A stretch of DNA of 28,761 nucleotides, from IMG/VR virus record IMGVR_UViG_3300006737_000131, positions 1-28,761 of that record; one strand, given 5' to 3'. Both the position numbers and the translations under genes were made by a program. This document shows positions 16,306 through 24,955 of the stretch, one piece after another. This DNA comes from a virus. Lineage: Duplodnaviria; Caudoviricetes. Positions within the stretch are counted from its first letter, which is position 1; every line of letters starts with the position of its first letter. The notes under the pieces were generated by a model. That model worked only from the letters and a program-made list of their open reading frames with translations, did no database searches and was not told where the DNA came from.

Positions 16306-18791
16306 TGTATTCCCCGTATTTTATTTTCTAACTCTAATAATTTTAAATCAGCGTTTTGTTTTAGTCTATTTATAGCTACATCAAGTTTATCATCTGCTAT
16401 TTGTTTTTGCACATCTAATCTTTGTTGTTGATATTGACTATCCATCATTTTTTCTTGTTGTCTTTGATTTTGTTTTAAACCAAATTGTTCAGATTCCATA
16501 TCTAATTCTTTATCTTTTAAGTCAAGCTCCCTTTTTCTTATATCTACAAGTGGGTCTTCGCTACCACCGACACCTATTGATTGTAAAAATTCGCTAGTTA
16601 ATTGTGCCATTATAGAAGAACTATATTGCTCAATAATCATTTGTATTTGTTGCTGTATTTGTGCAGCCTCTTCTGGACTAACTTGTTGCATTTGTGCTTG
16701 TATCTCTTGTATTCTTTGTTGAACTTCTGGAGGCATCTGTTCTTGTGCCATTTGTCCTGCTAAAAATTGTAAATGTTGCATGCAGTGACTAATTATCAAA
16801 GCTTGAACTTGTGGACTTTGTTTTACAATTTCTGTTAAAAACAAACTTTTATGTGCTTCTAAGTGAGCTTCATGGTTTTGTTCAGGAAAAGCCTGTGCAG
16901 GCTGTCCTAAAAGTAACCCAGCGTTTTCTTGTCCAGCATTTACAGGTTTAGGTGTCATGTCAGGCGGTGGTTGTAGTAAAGAATCTACGTTGTCAACACC
17001 TAAAGCTGCATACATTCTTTTATATGCTTCATAAATACCCATAGGCCCATGTATTTCAGGGTTAGATTGCACCATTTGTAATAATTCTTGTGCTAGTGTG
17101 ACTCTTTGACTTTGTGAAAATATATTAGGGTCAGATATAGGTATGATGTCAACTCTATCATCAAAGTCCATTTGTTTTACTTCTTGTGAACCAGAGCCAA
17201 TTTGATAATTGTAAACCGGCGGTAAATACTCACTAAATACTTTTGCTAGTAATCCAAACTCAATTCTTTGAGCGTAATGCAATCTTTTGTGTATTGCACT
17301 CATAACTTTTGTGCCACGCTCCAATAAAGCAACAGTTGTTCCAACTGGCATGGCTTGATTCATGTCACCAACATTCATGTCAGCTATAGCAGCAAATCTT
17401 TTACCAGAATCTACTAAAATACCAAGTAATTGCATTAAAACACTGCTAGGTTCTTTAATAGGTAACGGTATGAGGTTTTCTCTTAATGAGCCTCCAGTAG
17501 TATCTATATCTCTAAACTCACCTGGTTGTAATGGGTCGTCCTCGTCTCTGATTCTCATACCTCTAGCTTTAAAACCAGCAGGAAGATTTGCTAAAGTACC
17601 AGCGTCAATAAGTTGTCTAAGGATAGATGTTGAAGCTTTTGATAGTCCACCAATCATGTGTGATAAACCAAGGCCGTAAAATCCTAATCCAGGTAAAAAT
17701 TTGTACTGAACAAAATAATTTATTTTATTTTTAAGCGGGTCATTTTGACGGTAATTTCTTCTAATTGATAATATTTGTTGAGAATCTTCTTCAATAGTAA
17801 CAATATATGGTAGTTTGAGACCTGTTTCCATGCCTTCTTGATTGATGTCTTCAAAACCCTCTAAATCTAAAACTGTATGTACTTCATATACGGTTCTATT
17901 TCTATTTTCTTTATAAGATGAAGATATACCTTGTATTTCATCTATAGCTTCTGATATATCAGACATATCTTCACTATAACTACCAGAGCCAATATCTACA
18001 TTGGCATAAAAACCAGATACTTGTTGTTTTTTAATTTCATTAGCCGACATGCTTATTACATGTGTAATCCTTTCAGCAGAACTAATGTCCGGTGCTTCGT
18101 ATGGCACGATTAAATCTTCTGGTGCAATAAATTTAGCAACTGCTCTATTTAAAACAAAATCAAAATATATTTTCTTAAAACAAGAGCCAGCTAAAGGAAG
18201 ATAAAAAAGCATTTGGTCAAGTTCAGGGTCATACTCGTCCATTTTATTAAGAATATAATAATTCATAAATTCTTGGACTCTTTCAGCTTGATTTTCTGTT
18301 TCTATCGTTCTAGCACCTATTATTTCAGTTTTGACTGGTCCTTTCGCAGGTAACATTTCTTTATAAGCCTGTGCTTGGAACTGAGTAACGGCTTCTGCTA
18401 AAATTGGATGCACTACACCAGAACTGCCCTCAAACGGTTGTGACCTAGTTTCATCAAACTTCATGCCTAGATATTTAAGACCATCTGTGTATGTTTTTTC
18501 CCATTCACTTCTTGATTCTTTATCGCCACTTATAGAATCTAATAAATCACTAGATATTTTTTCTAAGGTGTTTTCATCTATAAAGTCTACAAGGTTTGCA
18601 TCAAAACTCATTTCTGGTTGTGCTTGTGGTGTTATTTCTTCGTCTATTAAAACTTGTTCTTCATCAACCAATATTTGTGCAGCAGCAGCAATTTGTTCGT
18701 CTCTAGTTGTGTCTGGTACTATTTCAACAGCAGACCCAGTTCTTCTAATATCTGGGTCGTCTTGTGTTCCTAATTGTTTATCTATAGCCAT
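16302..18791 (-). CDS. Portal protein (P22-like, with long Gln-rich C-terminal barrel)
   Basis: 829 aa following TerL: PFEGSSGVVHPILAEAVTQFQAQAYKE, LPLAGSCFKK, FLPGLGFYGLGL, LRQLIDAGTLANLPAGFK; coiled-coil C-terminus. Confidence 0.85.
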   Translation of the reverse strand: MAIDKQLGTQDDPDIRRTGSAVEIVPDTTRDEQIAAAAQILVDEEQVLIDEEITPQAQPEMSFDANLVDFIDENTLEKISSDLLDSISGDKESRSEWEKTYTDGLKYLGMKFDETRSQPFEGSSGVVHPILAEAVTQFQAQAYKEMLPAKGPVKTEIIGARTIETENQAERVQEFMNYYILNKMDEYDPELDQMLFYLPLAGSCFKKIYFDFVLNRAVAKFIAPEDLIVPYEAPDISSAERITHVISMSANEIKKQQVSGFYANVDIGSGSYSEDMSDISEAIDEIQGISSSYKENRNRTVYEVHTVLDLEGFEDINQEGMETGLKLPYIVTIEEDSQQILSIRRNYRQNDPLKNKINYFVQYKFLPGLGFYGLGLSHMIGGLSKASTSILRQLIDAGTLANLPAGFKARGMRIRDEDDPLQPGEFRDIDTTGGSLRENLIPLPIKEPSSVLMQLLGILVDSGKRFAAIADMNVGDMNQAMPVGTTVALLERGTKVMSAIHKRLHYAQRIEFGLLAKVFSEYLPPVYNYQIGSGSQEVKQMDFDDRVDIIPISDPNIFSQSQRVTLAQELLQMVQSNPEIHGPMGIYEAYKRMYAALGVDNVDSLLQPPPDMTPKPVNAGQENAGLLLGQPAQAFPEQNHEAHLEAHKSLFLTEIVKQSPQVQALIISHCMQHLQFLAGQMAQEQMPPEVQQRIQEIQAQMQQVSPEEAAQIQQQIQMIIEQYSSSIMAQLTSEFLQSIGVGGSEDPLVDIRKRELDLKDKELDMESEQFGLKQNQRQQEKMMDSQYQQQRLDVQKQIADDKLDVAINRLKQNADLKLLELENKIRGIQ

Positions 18792-18793
18792 AA

Positions 18794-18985
18794 TTAATGT
18801 ATTACCCTTTTGGTTGTACTTGATTCCAACCCTATTTCACTTCCTATGATAGCCTCTAATTCACCATCAATCAAAAGGCTATGATACTCTGCTATTAATT
18901 TTGCTTGCTCAAAATTTTTTGCATGTATTAGTGGGCCTGCATGTAGGTCGCCATCCCATTCAAAAGTAGTTGCAAAAGTTTTCAA
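18794..18985 (-). CDS. Small hypothetical protein
   Basis: 63-aa ORF between terL and portal, overlapping the terL stop. Confidence 0.5.
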   Translation of the reverse strand: MKTFATTFEWDGDLHAGPLIHAKNFEQAKLIAEYHSLLIDGELEAIIGSEIGLESSTTKRVIH

Positions 18986-20466
18986 TAGTAAACCGTCCTA
19001 TTTTTACTAAGTAGTTTTACTTCATCTTGATAATCTTCATATAGAGATATAAAACCACCTTGACGAAATCTCATTAAAGCCATTGTAGCACTATCGCAGA
19101 AATCATCATAATCACCAAATGGGAAAGAAGCCATTTCTTCTATTACATCCTCTGCAAAATCATCTTCGGGCGCCCAAACCATTCCAGACTCAAATATAGG
19201 TGCAACACTGTTCATACGTGCTATTTTATCTTGTCCTCTACTAGGTGAGTAAGATGTAACTGGTATGCCCATGCGCCTTAGTTCATGCGTAAGAGGTGTT
19301 CCAGAGGCTTTAGCCTCAATTAAAACACAATCTGGTTCCCAATACCTGTATTCTTCTAAAGCAAGTTTTTTTAGTTCAGGAAAATCACACCTAAGTCTTT
19401 TTGCATCTAATAAAATTATTTCATCATTGTTTTCATCGCCACGATTAAAAATTGCCCAAGTCGTAATAGCTGAGTAGTCCGCAGTTTCTTTTTTAGAAAA
19501 AGCGGTATCATAACTTTGTATTACATAACTATATGGTGGTACATCTTCATCTTCCCATCTATTCCACCACTCCCTTTTAACTATAGAGCCTTCTTCTGCT
19601 GTGGGATTTTGCATCCATTGGCTATTCCATTTAGATATAGGTAATGATGCTTTCACTCCTAACAATTCTTCTTTTTTCCAAAACTCTGGCCAAAGAGGTT
19701 TATCTGATTCTGGCATAATTGCAGGAAACTCTACTACTTCCCATTTGTCTGCATTTTCATCGCCTTGTTTTTTTAAAACTTTTCCAACCAAATCTTTTGT
19801 ACTCCATCTAGTCATAACTATAACTATGATGCCTCCAGGCTGTAAACGCTGTCTAGGACCAGATGTGTACCATTCATAAGCTGATTCCAAAGATTTAGGT
19901 GATAAAGCATCTTGTTCACTATGAGGGTCATCAATTATTAATAAATCAGCACCACGACCTGTTATAGCACCACCAACACCAGCTGCGAAAAACTCACCCT
20001 CTTGGTTGCTTGTCCAACGACCAGCTGATTTGTTATCTGCTTGTAGTTTTAAATCTGGAAATATATGTTGATACTCTGTGCTATCTATAATATTTCTTAC
20101 CTTACGACCAAACCTAACAGCTAATTCAGCTGTGTGAGTTGTTTGTATTATTTTTAAGTTGCCGCGTCTTCCCATCATCCATGCAGGAAAAAATGTTGAT
20201 GCAAATTCAGATTTAGAGTGTCTTGGTGGTAAACATACAATTAAACGTTTTAGCTTGCCTTCTGCTATACGATTAAATTTGTCTGCAATTATTTTATGAT
20301 GTCTGCCTTCAATAAAATCAGGCCACATGTGATTAAGAAAACTTATAAAATCATTTTGACAGTCATCTTGTTTTTCAAGCTGGTCGTATCTTTGTAATAA
20401 AGCTACGGCTTCTGATTTATCCTGTTCAGAAAGAATATCAAAATCTTTAAATGATACATCTTTCAT
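18982..20466 (-). CDS. terL: Terminase large subunit
   Basis: Walker A-like LPPRHSKSE, GGAITGRGADLLIIDDP (Walker B), VMTRW coupling motif, nuclease motifs SYDTA and DDFCDS. Confidence 0.92.
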   Translation of the reverse strand: MKDVSFKDFDILSEQDKSEAVALLQRYDQLEKQDDCQNDFISFLNHMWPDFIEGRHHKIIADKFNRIAEGKLKRLIVCLPPRHSKSEFASTFFPAWMMGRRGNLKIIQTTHTAELAVRFGRKVRNIIDSTEYQHIFPDLKLQADNKSAGRWTSNQEGEFFAAGVGGAITGRGADLLIIDDPHSEQDALSPKSLESAYEWYTSGPRQRLQPGGIIVIVMTRWSTKDLVGKVLKKQGDENADKWEVVEFPAIMPESDKPLWPEFWKKEELLGVKASLPISKWNSQWMQNPTAEEGSIVKREWWNRWEDEDVPPYSYVIQSYDTAFSKKETADYSAITTWAIFNRGDENNDEIILLDAKRLRCDFPELKKLALEEYRYWEPDCVLIEAKASGTPLTHELRRMGIPVTSYSPSRGQDKIARMNSVAPIFESGMVWAPEDDFAEDVIEEMASFPFGDYDDFCDSATMALMRFRQGGFISLYEDYQDEVKLLSKNRTVYY

Positions 20467-20470
20467 AAAC

Positions 20471-20530
20471 GAGCTAAGTCACAAGGTAGCGACGATAACT
20501 TTTGCAACCTAGCTCTAAGCGTAAACGCCT
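20471..20530 (-). promoter_or_regulatory. Structured leader: two hairpins directly upstream of the terL start
   Basis: Minus strand AGGCG-ttta-CGCTT, then GAGCTAGGTTGCAA-17 nt-TTGTGACTTAGCTC (14 bp including three G-U pairs), ending 4 nt before the ATG. Confidence 0.5.
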
Positions 20531-20550
20531 GATGCTAGTATTACATATCG

Positions 20551-21000
20551 TCAAACTTCGTGCCATTCTTTACCTTCAAATAATAAAGCCTCTGCCTCTC
20601 TTCTTCTAATAAGTCCCTGTAAAACTTTGCCTCCAGCTTTATTCCATCTTTTTATTTGTGCAGGAATATCATTCCAATCTGGATGTGAACTATTTAAAAC
20701 TTTTAATAAAGTTGAACTTTTTAAATTAGCTGGGCCTAGATTAAAAACCCACGAAACTAAAGCATCAAATTCGTTTTGTTTTAATTTATTCTCAACCATG
20801 TCGTTTATATAACCTTCATACTCTTCCATTTCATGCAGTAATAAGTTGTCTGCTTCTTCTTGTGTAATGCTGTCACCATCTTTGACTCCTTTGGTTGAGC
20901 CGTAGCCTATTGTCCAAACGCCAGCAGCGCATTTATAAGCTTCAAGTTCACAGCCTTCAAATTTTTTAATTAGTGCTAATCCTTCTTGTGAAATATTCAT
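20551..21000 (-). CDS. Endolysin, GH24 (T4 lysozyme-like muramidase)
   Basis: Start moved to ATG 21000 (GGGGAG SD). MNISQEGLALIKKFEGCELEAYKCAAGVWTIGYGST has the E-8x-C-5x-T catalytic spacing; also FDALVSWVFNLG and GLIRRREAE. Confidence 0.9.
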   Translation of the reverse strand: MNISQEGLALIKKFEGCELEAYKCAAGVWTIGYGSTKGVKDGDSITQEEADNLLLHEMEEYEGYINDMVENKLKQNEFDALVSWVFNLGPANLKSSTLLKVLNSSHPDWNDIPAQIKRWNKAGGKVLQGLIRRREAEALLFEGKEWHEV

Positions 21001-21001
21001 A

Positions 21002-21397
21002 TTATTCTCCCCATTTTTTTGTTTTTGTCCCGCCGAAATAAGGTACGGCAAGATTTTCTTTTTCAAGCAATTCAGCAATATTTCCTTTATCGCAGAATAT
21101 GTCACCTAAAACTCTTCCATATTTATCTGTTCCATAAGATTTTAGTGTTATATCACCTACTAGCCATTCTTTCAATTTTTGTTTAGCTAATAAACCTAAT
21201 TCTTTTTCTTTTGTTCTTTCTGGGTATTTTTTTATATTTATACGGCTTTCTGGTGTATCAATGCCGTTTATTCTGACAGCTTTGTTGTGTAGTTGAACAG
21301 AAAAGCCTAAATCAATAGTTTCCAATCTTACTGTATCACCATCAGTTACAGATTTTAGTTTACATTTATATACAAATGCTTCTGGTGAATTACTCAT
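21002..21397 (-). CDS. Thermonuclease (SNase-like) family nuclease
   Basis: VTDGDT, VRINGIDTPE and DKYGRVLG motifs; no signal peptide. Confidence 0.85.
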   Translation of the reverse strand: MSNSPEAFVYKCKLKSVTDGDTVRLETIDLGFSVQLHNKAVRINGIDTPESRINIKKYPERTKEKELGLLAKQKLKEWLVGDITLKSYGTDKYGRVLGDIFCDKGNIAELLEKENLAVPYFGGTKTKKWGE

Positions 21398-21779
21398 TTT
21401 CTTGCTCCTCAGTTGTAGTTACTTTTCTATAATACACCACTACATCTTTAAGTTCAGTGATATACCTTTTGATTTCTTGCATGTTGTATGCCATAACTTC
21501 GTAGTCAGGAATAGTCATAGCAAGAAATACTAACTCTCCCTCTTGTTCTTCTATAAAGGCTAGTTGTTGTTCGTAGTTTTCAGGTGTAACCACAATCCAT
21601 AAAGGCTCTTGCAAGTCTATTTCTCTAGGCATAATAGGTTGTACTATTTTCCTATCTATAGGTTTTGCTGATACTTCTATTTTTTTAGTCGGTATCAGGC
21701 TGCAACTGTAAACCATCATCAAGGCCATCAACATCACTGCTGATTTGCTCAATGTTTTCCATAATATGTTTTGTTCCAT
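21390..21779 (-). CDS. Putative o-spanin (Rz1-like lipoprotein)
   Basis: Hydrophobic stretch AVMLMALMMVYSC ending in a lipobox-like Cys, then a Pro-containing segment and helix. The 5' end overlaps the upstream i-spanin-like gene; the exact start is uncertain. Confidence 0.55.
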   Translation of the reverse strand: MEQNILWKTLSKSAVMLMALMMVYSCSLIPTKKIEVSAKPIDRKIVQPIMPREIDLQEPLWIVVTPENYEQQLAFIEEQEGELVFLAMTIPDYEVMAYNMQEIKRYITELKDVVVYYRKVTTTEEQENE

Positions 21780-22083
21780 TATTTATTTTCCTCTGCATTT
21801 CTACTGGGTCTGCTAGTATCTTTTCAGCTAATTCATAGTTTTGTATAAATTTTGTGTATCTGGAAAGTTCTTTTTGTGCTTCTTGGCTTTTTACAACAAG
21901 ATTATTCATTTGTTTTGTTTGTAATTCATAGTCGGCTTGTATAGATTTAATTGTTGCTTCTTGTGTGGCTATAGCACCTTCTAAAACTACATTATTAGCT
22001 TTCAGAGTTGAGTTTTCTTGATATAGCCAATAACAACCCATGCCTAAAACTAAAATTATACCTATGAATATTTGTTGCATCAT
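21685..22083 (-). CDS. Putative i-spanin (Rz-like)
   Basis: Single N-terminal TM (IFIGIILVLGMGCYWLY) followed by a long coiled coil; overlaps a lipoprotein gene near the endolysin. Confidence 0.6.
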   Translation of the reverse strand: MMQQIFIGIILVLGMGCYWLYQENSTLKANNVVLEGAIATQEATIKSIQADYELQTKQMNNLVVKSQEAQKELSRYTKFIQNYELAEKILADPVEMQRKINNGTKHIMENIEQISSDVDGLDDGLQLQPDTD

Positions 22084-22084
22084 T

Positions 22085-23836
22085 TTAAACTGTCCATATT
22101 TGTAAAGCCTTTGTTTTACCTTTAACTTTTATAGGTTTTGGTAATTTTAATACATTTTTACAATTTTTTGCAGTATTTTTACCAATTAAGATGTCAACAC
22201 CAGCTTCTTTTGTTGCAGACTCTAATCTTGCGGCTACATTTACCGCATCACCAATAGCAGAAAAATCAAACCTTGTATCAGAACCCATATTACCTATTAC
22301 TGCTTCACCAGAATTTACACCTATGCCAATAGCTATCGGTTCTGGTAAATCTTTTTGTAGCTGTATGATTGCAGTACGCATATCTTGAGCACAAGCTACT
22401 GCTTTTTTTTCGTGTTCATCTAAATCTAATGGTGCTCCAAATATTGCCATACAAGCATCACCTATAAATTTATCCACCATACCACCATGTGCCTGTATGC
22501 AAGTAACTTGTGCAGTTAATACTTTATTCATTATGTCTGTTACTTGTTCAGGCTCTAATTTTTCAGACAAATTTGTAAATCCCCTGACGTCGGTGAACAA
22601 GAACGAGCAATATTTTTTTTCGCCTCCAAGTTTTAACAAATTAGGATTATCTTGTAATTTTTTGACTTGTCGTGGGTCAAGATAGTGTTCAAACTGTTTT
22701 TTAATTTGCAGTCTTAACTTGAACTGCTCTCTAAATCTTATATAAAATGCTGTGGTGCCAGTAATAAACTGTGATATTAAAGACCAGGTAACATCAACAA
22801 GTAAGTTTGTTTTTATAAGGTAATATCCAAGAGAGCCAGTAGAAACCATAATACTTAAGCCTAATATAATTCCCCATGTAATGCCAAAACGTATTAAAAC
22901 AAGCCATATAAGGCTAACTGTGACTAAAAATATAACAAGTTCTACTGCTATTGCCCAATCAGGTATAAAAGGACTGTCTTGTATAAGTATGGACTCAGCG
23001 AGTGCTGCTTGAATCTTGTGTGGTTCTAGTAATCCAACTGGCGTGGCTACTTGTGGCATTACTCCATTAGCAGTAACACCTACAAAAACAAACTTACCAT
23101 TTACGTCCATTTCTTGTAAATCTGTTTGTGGTGTATCAACCCAACTAATCCATTTGCGACCAAAACTATCAGTTTTAACAGGTGGTATTCCTCTTATTGA
23201 TATTTCTGATATTCCATTATCATTAGTTTTTATAATATAAGTTTTAACATTAAATAAAGCTTTATATATTTGTGTGCCAAAACTAGGAATCCACTCGTTT
23301 TCAGGGGTTTTTACTAAAAGAGGTATTCTTCTAACAAGTTGGTCTATGTCAGTGGGAGCAATGGCTAAACCCTGTAATGTATTATTTTTTAGAGTGTTCA
23401 GGTTTTCCTTAACTCCCAAAGATACTATACCACCATTATCATCACCCATGACAACTGTGCCAGTTGATTTTGGATATTTACCCTGACCGTCCTCAAACAT
23501 AGCTATTACGGATGGAGCGTAGCCTAAAGACCTTGCAAAATCTTCATCACCTCCCATCCTATCTGCTTGTGGAAAACTAATAACCCAGCCAACGCCAACA
23601 GCACCTTTACCTAATATTTCTAGCTGTATTTCAGCTAATCTTTGTCTGGGTAAAGGCCAACCACCTTCACGTTCCACATCTTCTTCGGTAATATTCAGTA
23701 TAACAAAGTTGCCTGACTGTTCTGGTGTTTTTACCAATGCATCAAAAGTTTTAAGTTTTAGTATTTCTGTTGGCGTGCTTTGAAATAATAATGGTAAAGA
23801 CAGTGTTATAAGTAGAGGTAATAATAATCGTTTCAT
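22085..23836 (-). CDS. CHASE2-domain membrane-bound class III adenylate/guanylate cyclase
   Basis: N-terminal anchor; CHASE2 motifs (VILNITEEDV..GGWPLPRQRLAE, DQLVRRIPL, GKFVFVG, TPVG...HKIQA); three TM helices; cyclase core FLFTDVRGFT, VDKFIGDACMAIFGAP, IGIGVNSG, GDAVNVAARLES, VKGK. Confidence 0.92.
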   Translation of the reverse strand: MKRLLLPLLITLSLPLLFQSTPTEILKLKTFDALVKTPEQSGNFVILNITEEDVEREGGWPLPRQRLAEIQLEILGKGAVGVGWVISFPQADRMGGDEDFARSLGYAPSVIAMFEDGQGKYPKSTGTVVMGDDNGGIVSLGVKENLNTLKNNTLQGLAIAPTDIDQLVRRIPLLVKTPENEWIPSFGTQIYKALFNVKTYIIKTNDNGISEISIRGIPPVKTDSFGRKWISWVDTPQTDLQEMDVNGKFVFVGVTANGVMPQVATPVGLLEPHKIQAALAESILIQDSPFIPDWAIAVELVIFLVTVSLIWLVLIRFGITWGIILGLSIMVSTGSLGYYLIKTNLLVDVTWSLISQFITGTTAFYIRFREQFKLRLQIKKQFEHYLDPRQVKKLQDNPNLLKLGGEKKYCSFLFTDVRGFTNLSEKLEPEQVTDIMNKVLTAQVTCIQAHGGMVDKFIGDACMAIFGAPLDLDEHEKKAVACAQDMRTAIIQLQKDLPEPIAIGIGVNSGEAVIGNMGSDTRFDFSAIGDAVNVAARLESATKEAGVDILIGKNTAKNCKNVLKLPKPIKVKGKTKALQIWTV

Positions 23837-24955
23837 TTAATCACTTTGAGTGATAGTAATAACACTATCGCTGCCTCCATTTATTTTGACAACGTTAGAT
23901 ATACCATCTTGTATTAATATTACTGTATAAGCGTTAGAGCCGTTCAAGTCAACTCTTACACTTTCATTTACCTCTCTTCGCATACTTATTAAATTACCTG
24001 AAATTAGAGTTGTTATTTGTGTTTCGGGGTCTTTGCCTAATAAAGTGCCAGATATTTGTGTGCTAGTTGCTTGTGCTAAAGCATCCTCATCTTCATCAAT
24101 AGCTAAAGCATCTAGTACATTAAGTAAGTCTTCAAGATAATTAACGTCAAGATAATTAATATCTAATTCTGTAAATTCTAAACTATCTTCTTTCAAATAA
24201 TCTTCTGCAAGATAGTCTATGTCTAGGTCATTAAAATCTAAAACGCTATCAGTTTGAGTGTTAGTAACTTCTTCTTCTGCGATAATTTGTTCTTTAGGCG
24301 GCGTTACAATTAACATATTATCAATAACATCTAAAGTTAAATCTAAAATCACAGGTTTTGTAGGAGCTGATTCAAATACACTTACTGTAGTAGCTTCATA
24401 AGGTTTGTTCAATATTACTGTCCCCATTGCTGTAACCACTTCTATTTCGCCACTAGACAAACCAAAAGCATCTGGCAAAAGAATAATTAGACTACGCCCA
24501 AGTTCGTCAACTGTAGCTGTAAAATCAGTGCCACGAATAGCTATGTTGGCTGTAGGTGTTTTTAAAGTAATGTTTTGTTTGTCTATGCGATTTAGATTGC
24601 CTGTTATAAATCTAGCCGTGCCAAGTCCAAAGGTAAGAGCCATCTTTGATTTGCTTGGGTCAGGGTCATAGATATATTCATCAATTAAAAGCTGTGAATG
24701 TTCTGTAAGCTTTACAGTAGAATCATCAAGAAATGTAATGGCCATACGACCATTTGTTGTTATGGCTTCATCGTTGCTTTGTATCGCAAACTTTAAATCT
24801 GCATCGTATGGCTTATCTCTAACAATTTGTGCCGAGCCATTTAGTTCAGATATGTCACCTATATCAACAGCCTGTGCTTGTACCTTGGTCGTTTTGAATG
24901 ACACAAACAGTAGAAGCAGAAGTGCCAGAAATGGATATAATTTTAAGCCAGTCAT
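23837..24955 (-). CDS. Secreted FecR-domain protein with acidic linker
   Basis: Signal peptide ending VQAQA; FecR motifs DEAITTNGRMAITFLDDSTVKLTEHSQL and LKTPTANIAIRGTDF. Confidence 0.8.
   Translation of the reverse strand: MTGLKLYPFLALLLLLFVSFKTTKVQAQAVDIGDISELNGSAQIVRDKPYDADLKFAIQSNDEAITTNGRMAITFLDDSTVKLTEHSQLLIDEYIYDPDPSKSKMALTFGLGTARFITGNLNRIDKQNITLKTPTANIAIRGTDFTATVDELGRSLIILLPDAFGLSSGEIEVVTAMGTVILNKPYEATTVSVFESAPTKPVILDLTLDVIDNMLIVTPPKEQIIAEEEVTNTQTDSVLDFNDLDIDYLAEDYLKEDSLEFTELDINYLDVNYLEDLLNVLDALAIDEDEDALAQATSTQISGTLLGKDPETQITTLISGNLISMRREVNESVRVDLNGSNAYTVILIQDGISNVVKINGGSDSVITITQSD

Noticed and set aside
20467-20550. Cyclic-di-GMP riboswitch or tRNA in the terL leader
   Set aside because: It lacks the GNRA tetraloop/receptor layout and the cloverleaf/T-loop consensus; only generic hairpins are supported.
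21001-21105. 35-aa N-terminal extension of the endolysin (possible SAR/signal region)
   Set aside because: It overlaps the nuclease gene, is not hydrophobic, and the ATG at 21000 has a good SD.
22085-23836. Cyclase as part of a Pycsar-type anti-phage system
   Set aside because: It is a membrane-bound CHASE2 sensor cyclase with ATP-type specificity residues, and no adjacent cNMP-binding TIR/TM effector is present.
23830-23845. In-frame stop readthrough fusing FecR to the cyclase (TAA ATG)
   Set aside because: The same TAA-ATG abutment occurs at 9697/9698 and 16026/16027, TAA is a poor readthrough codon, and the cyclase has its own N-terminal anchor.
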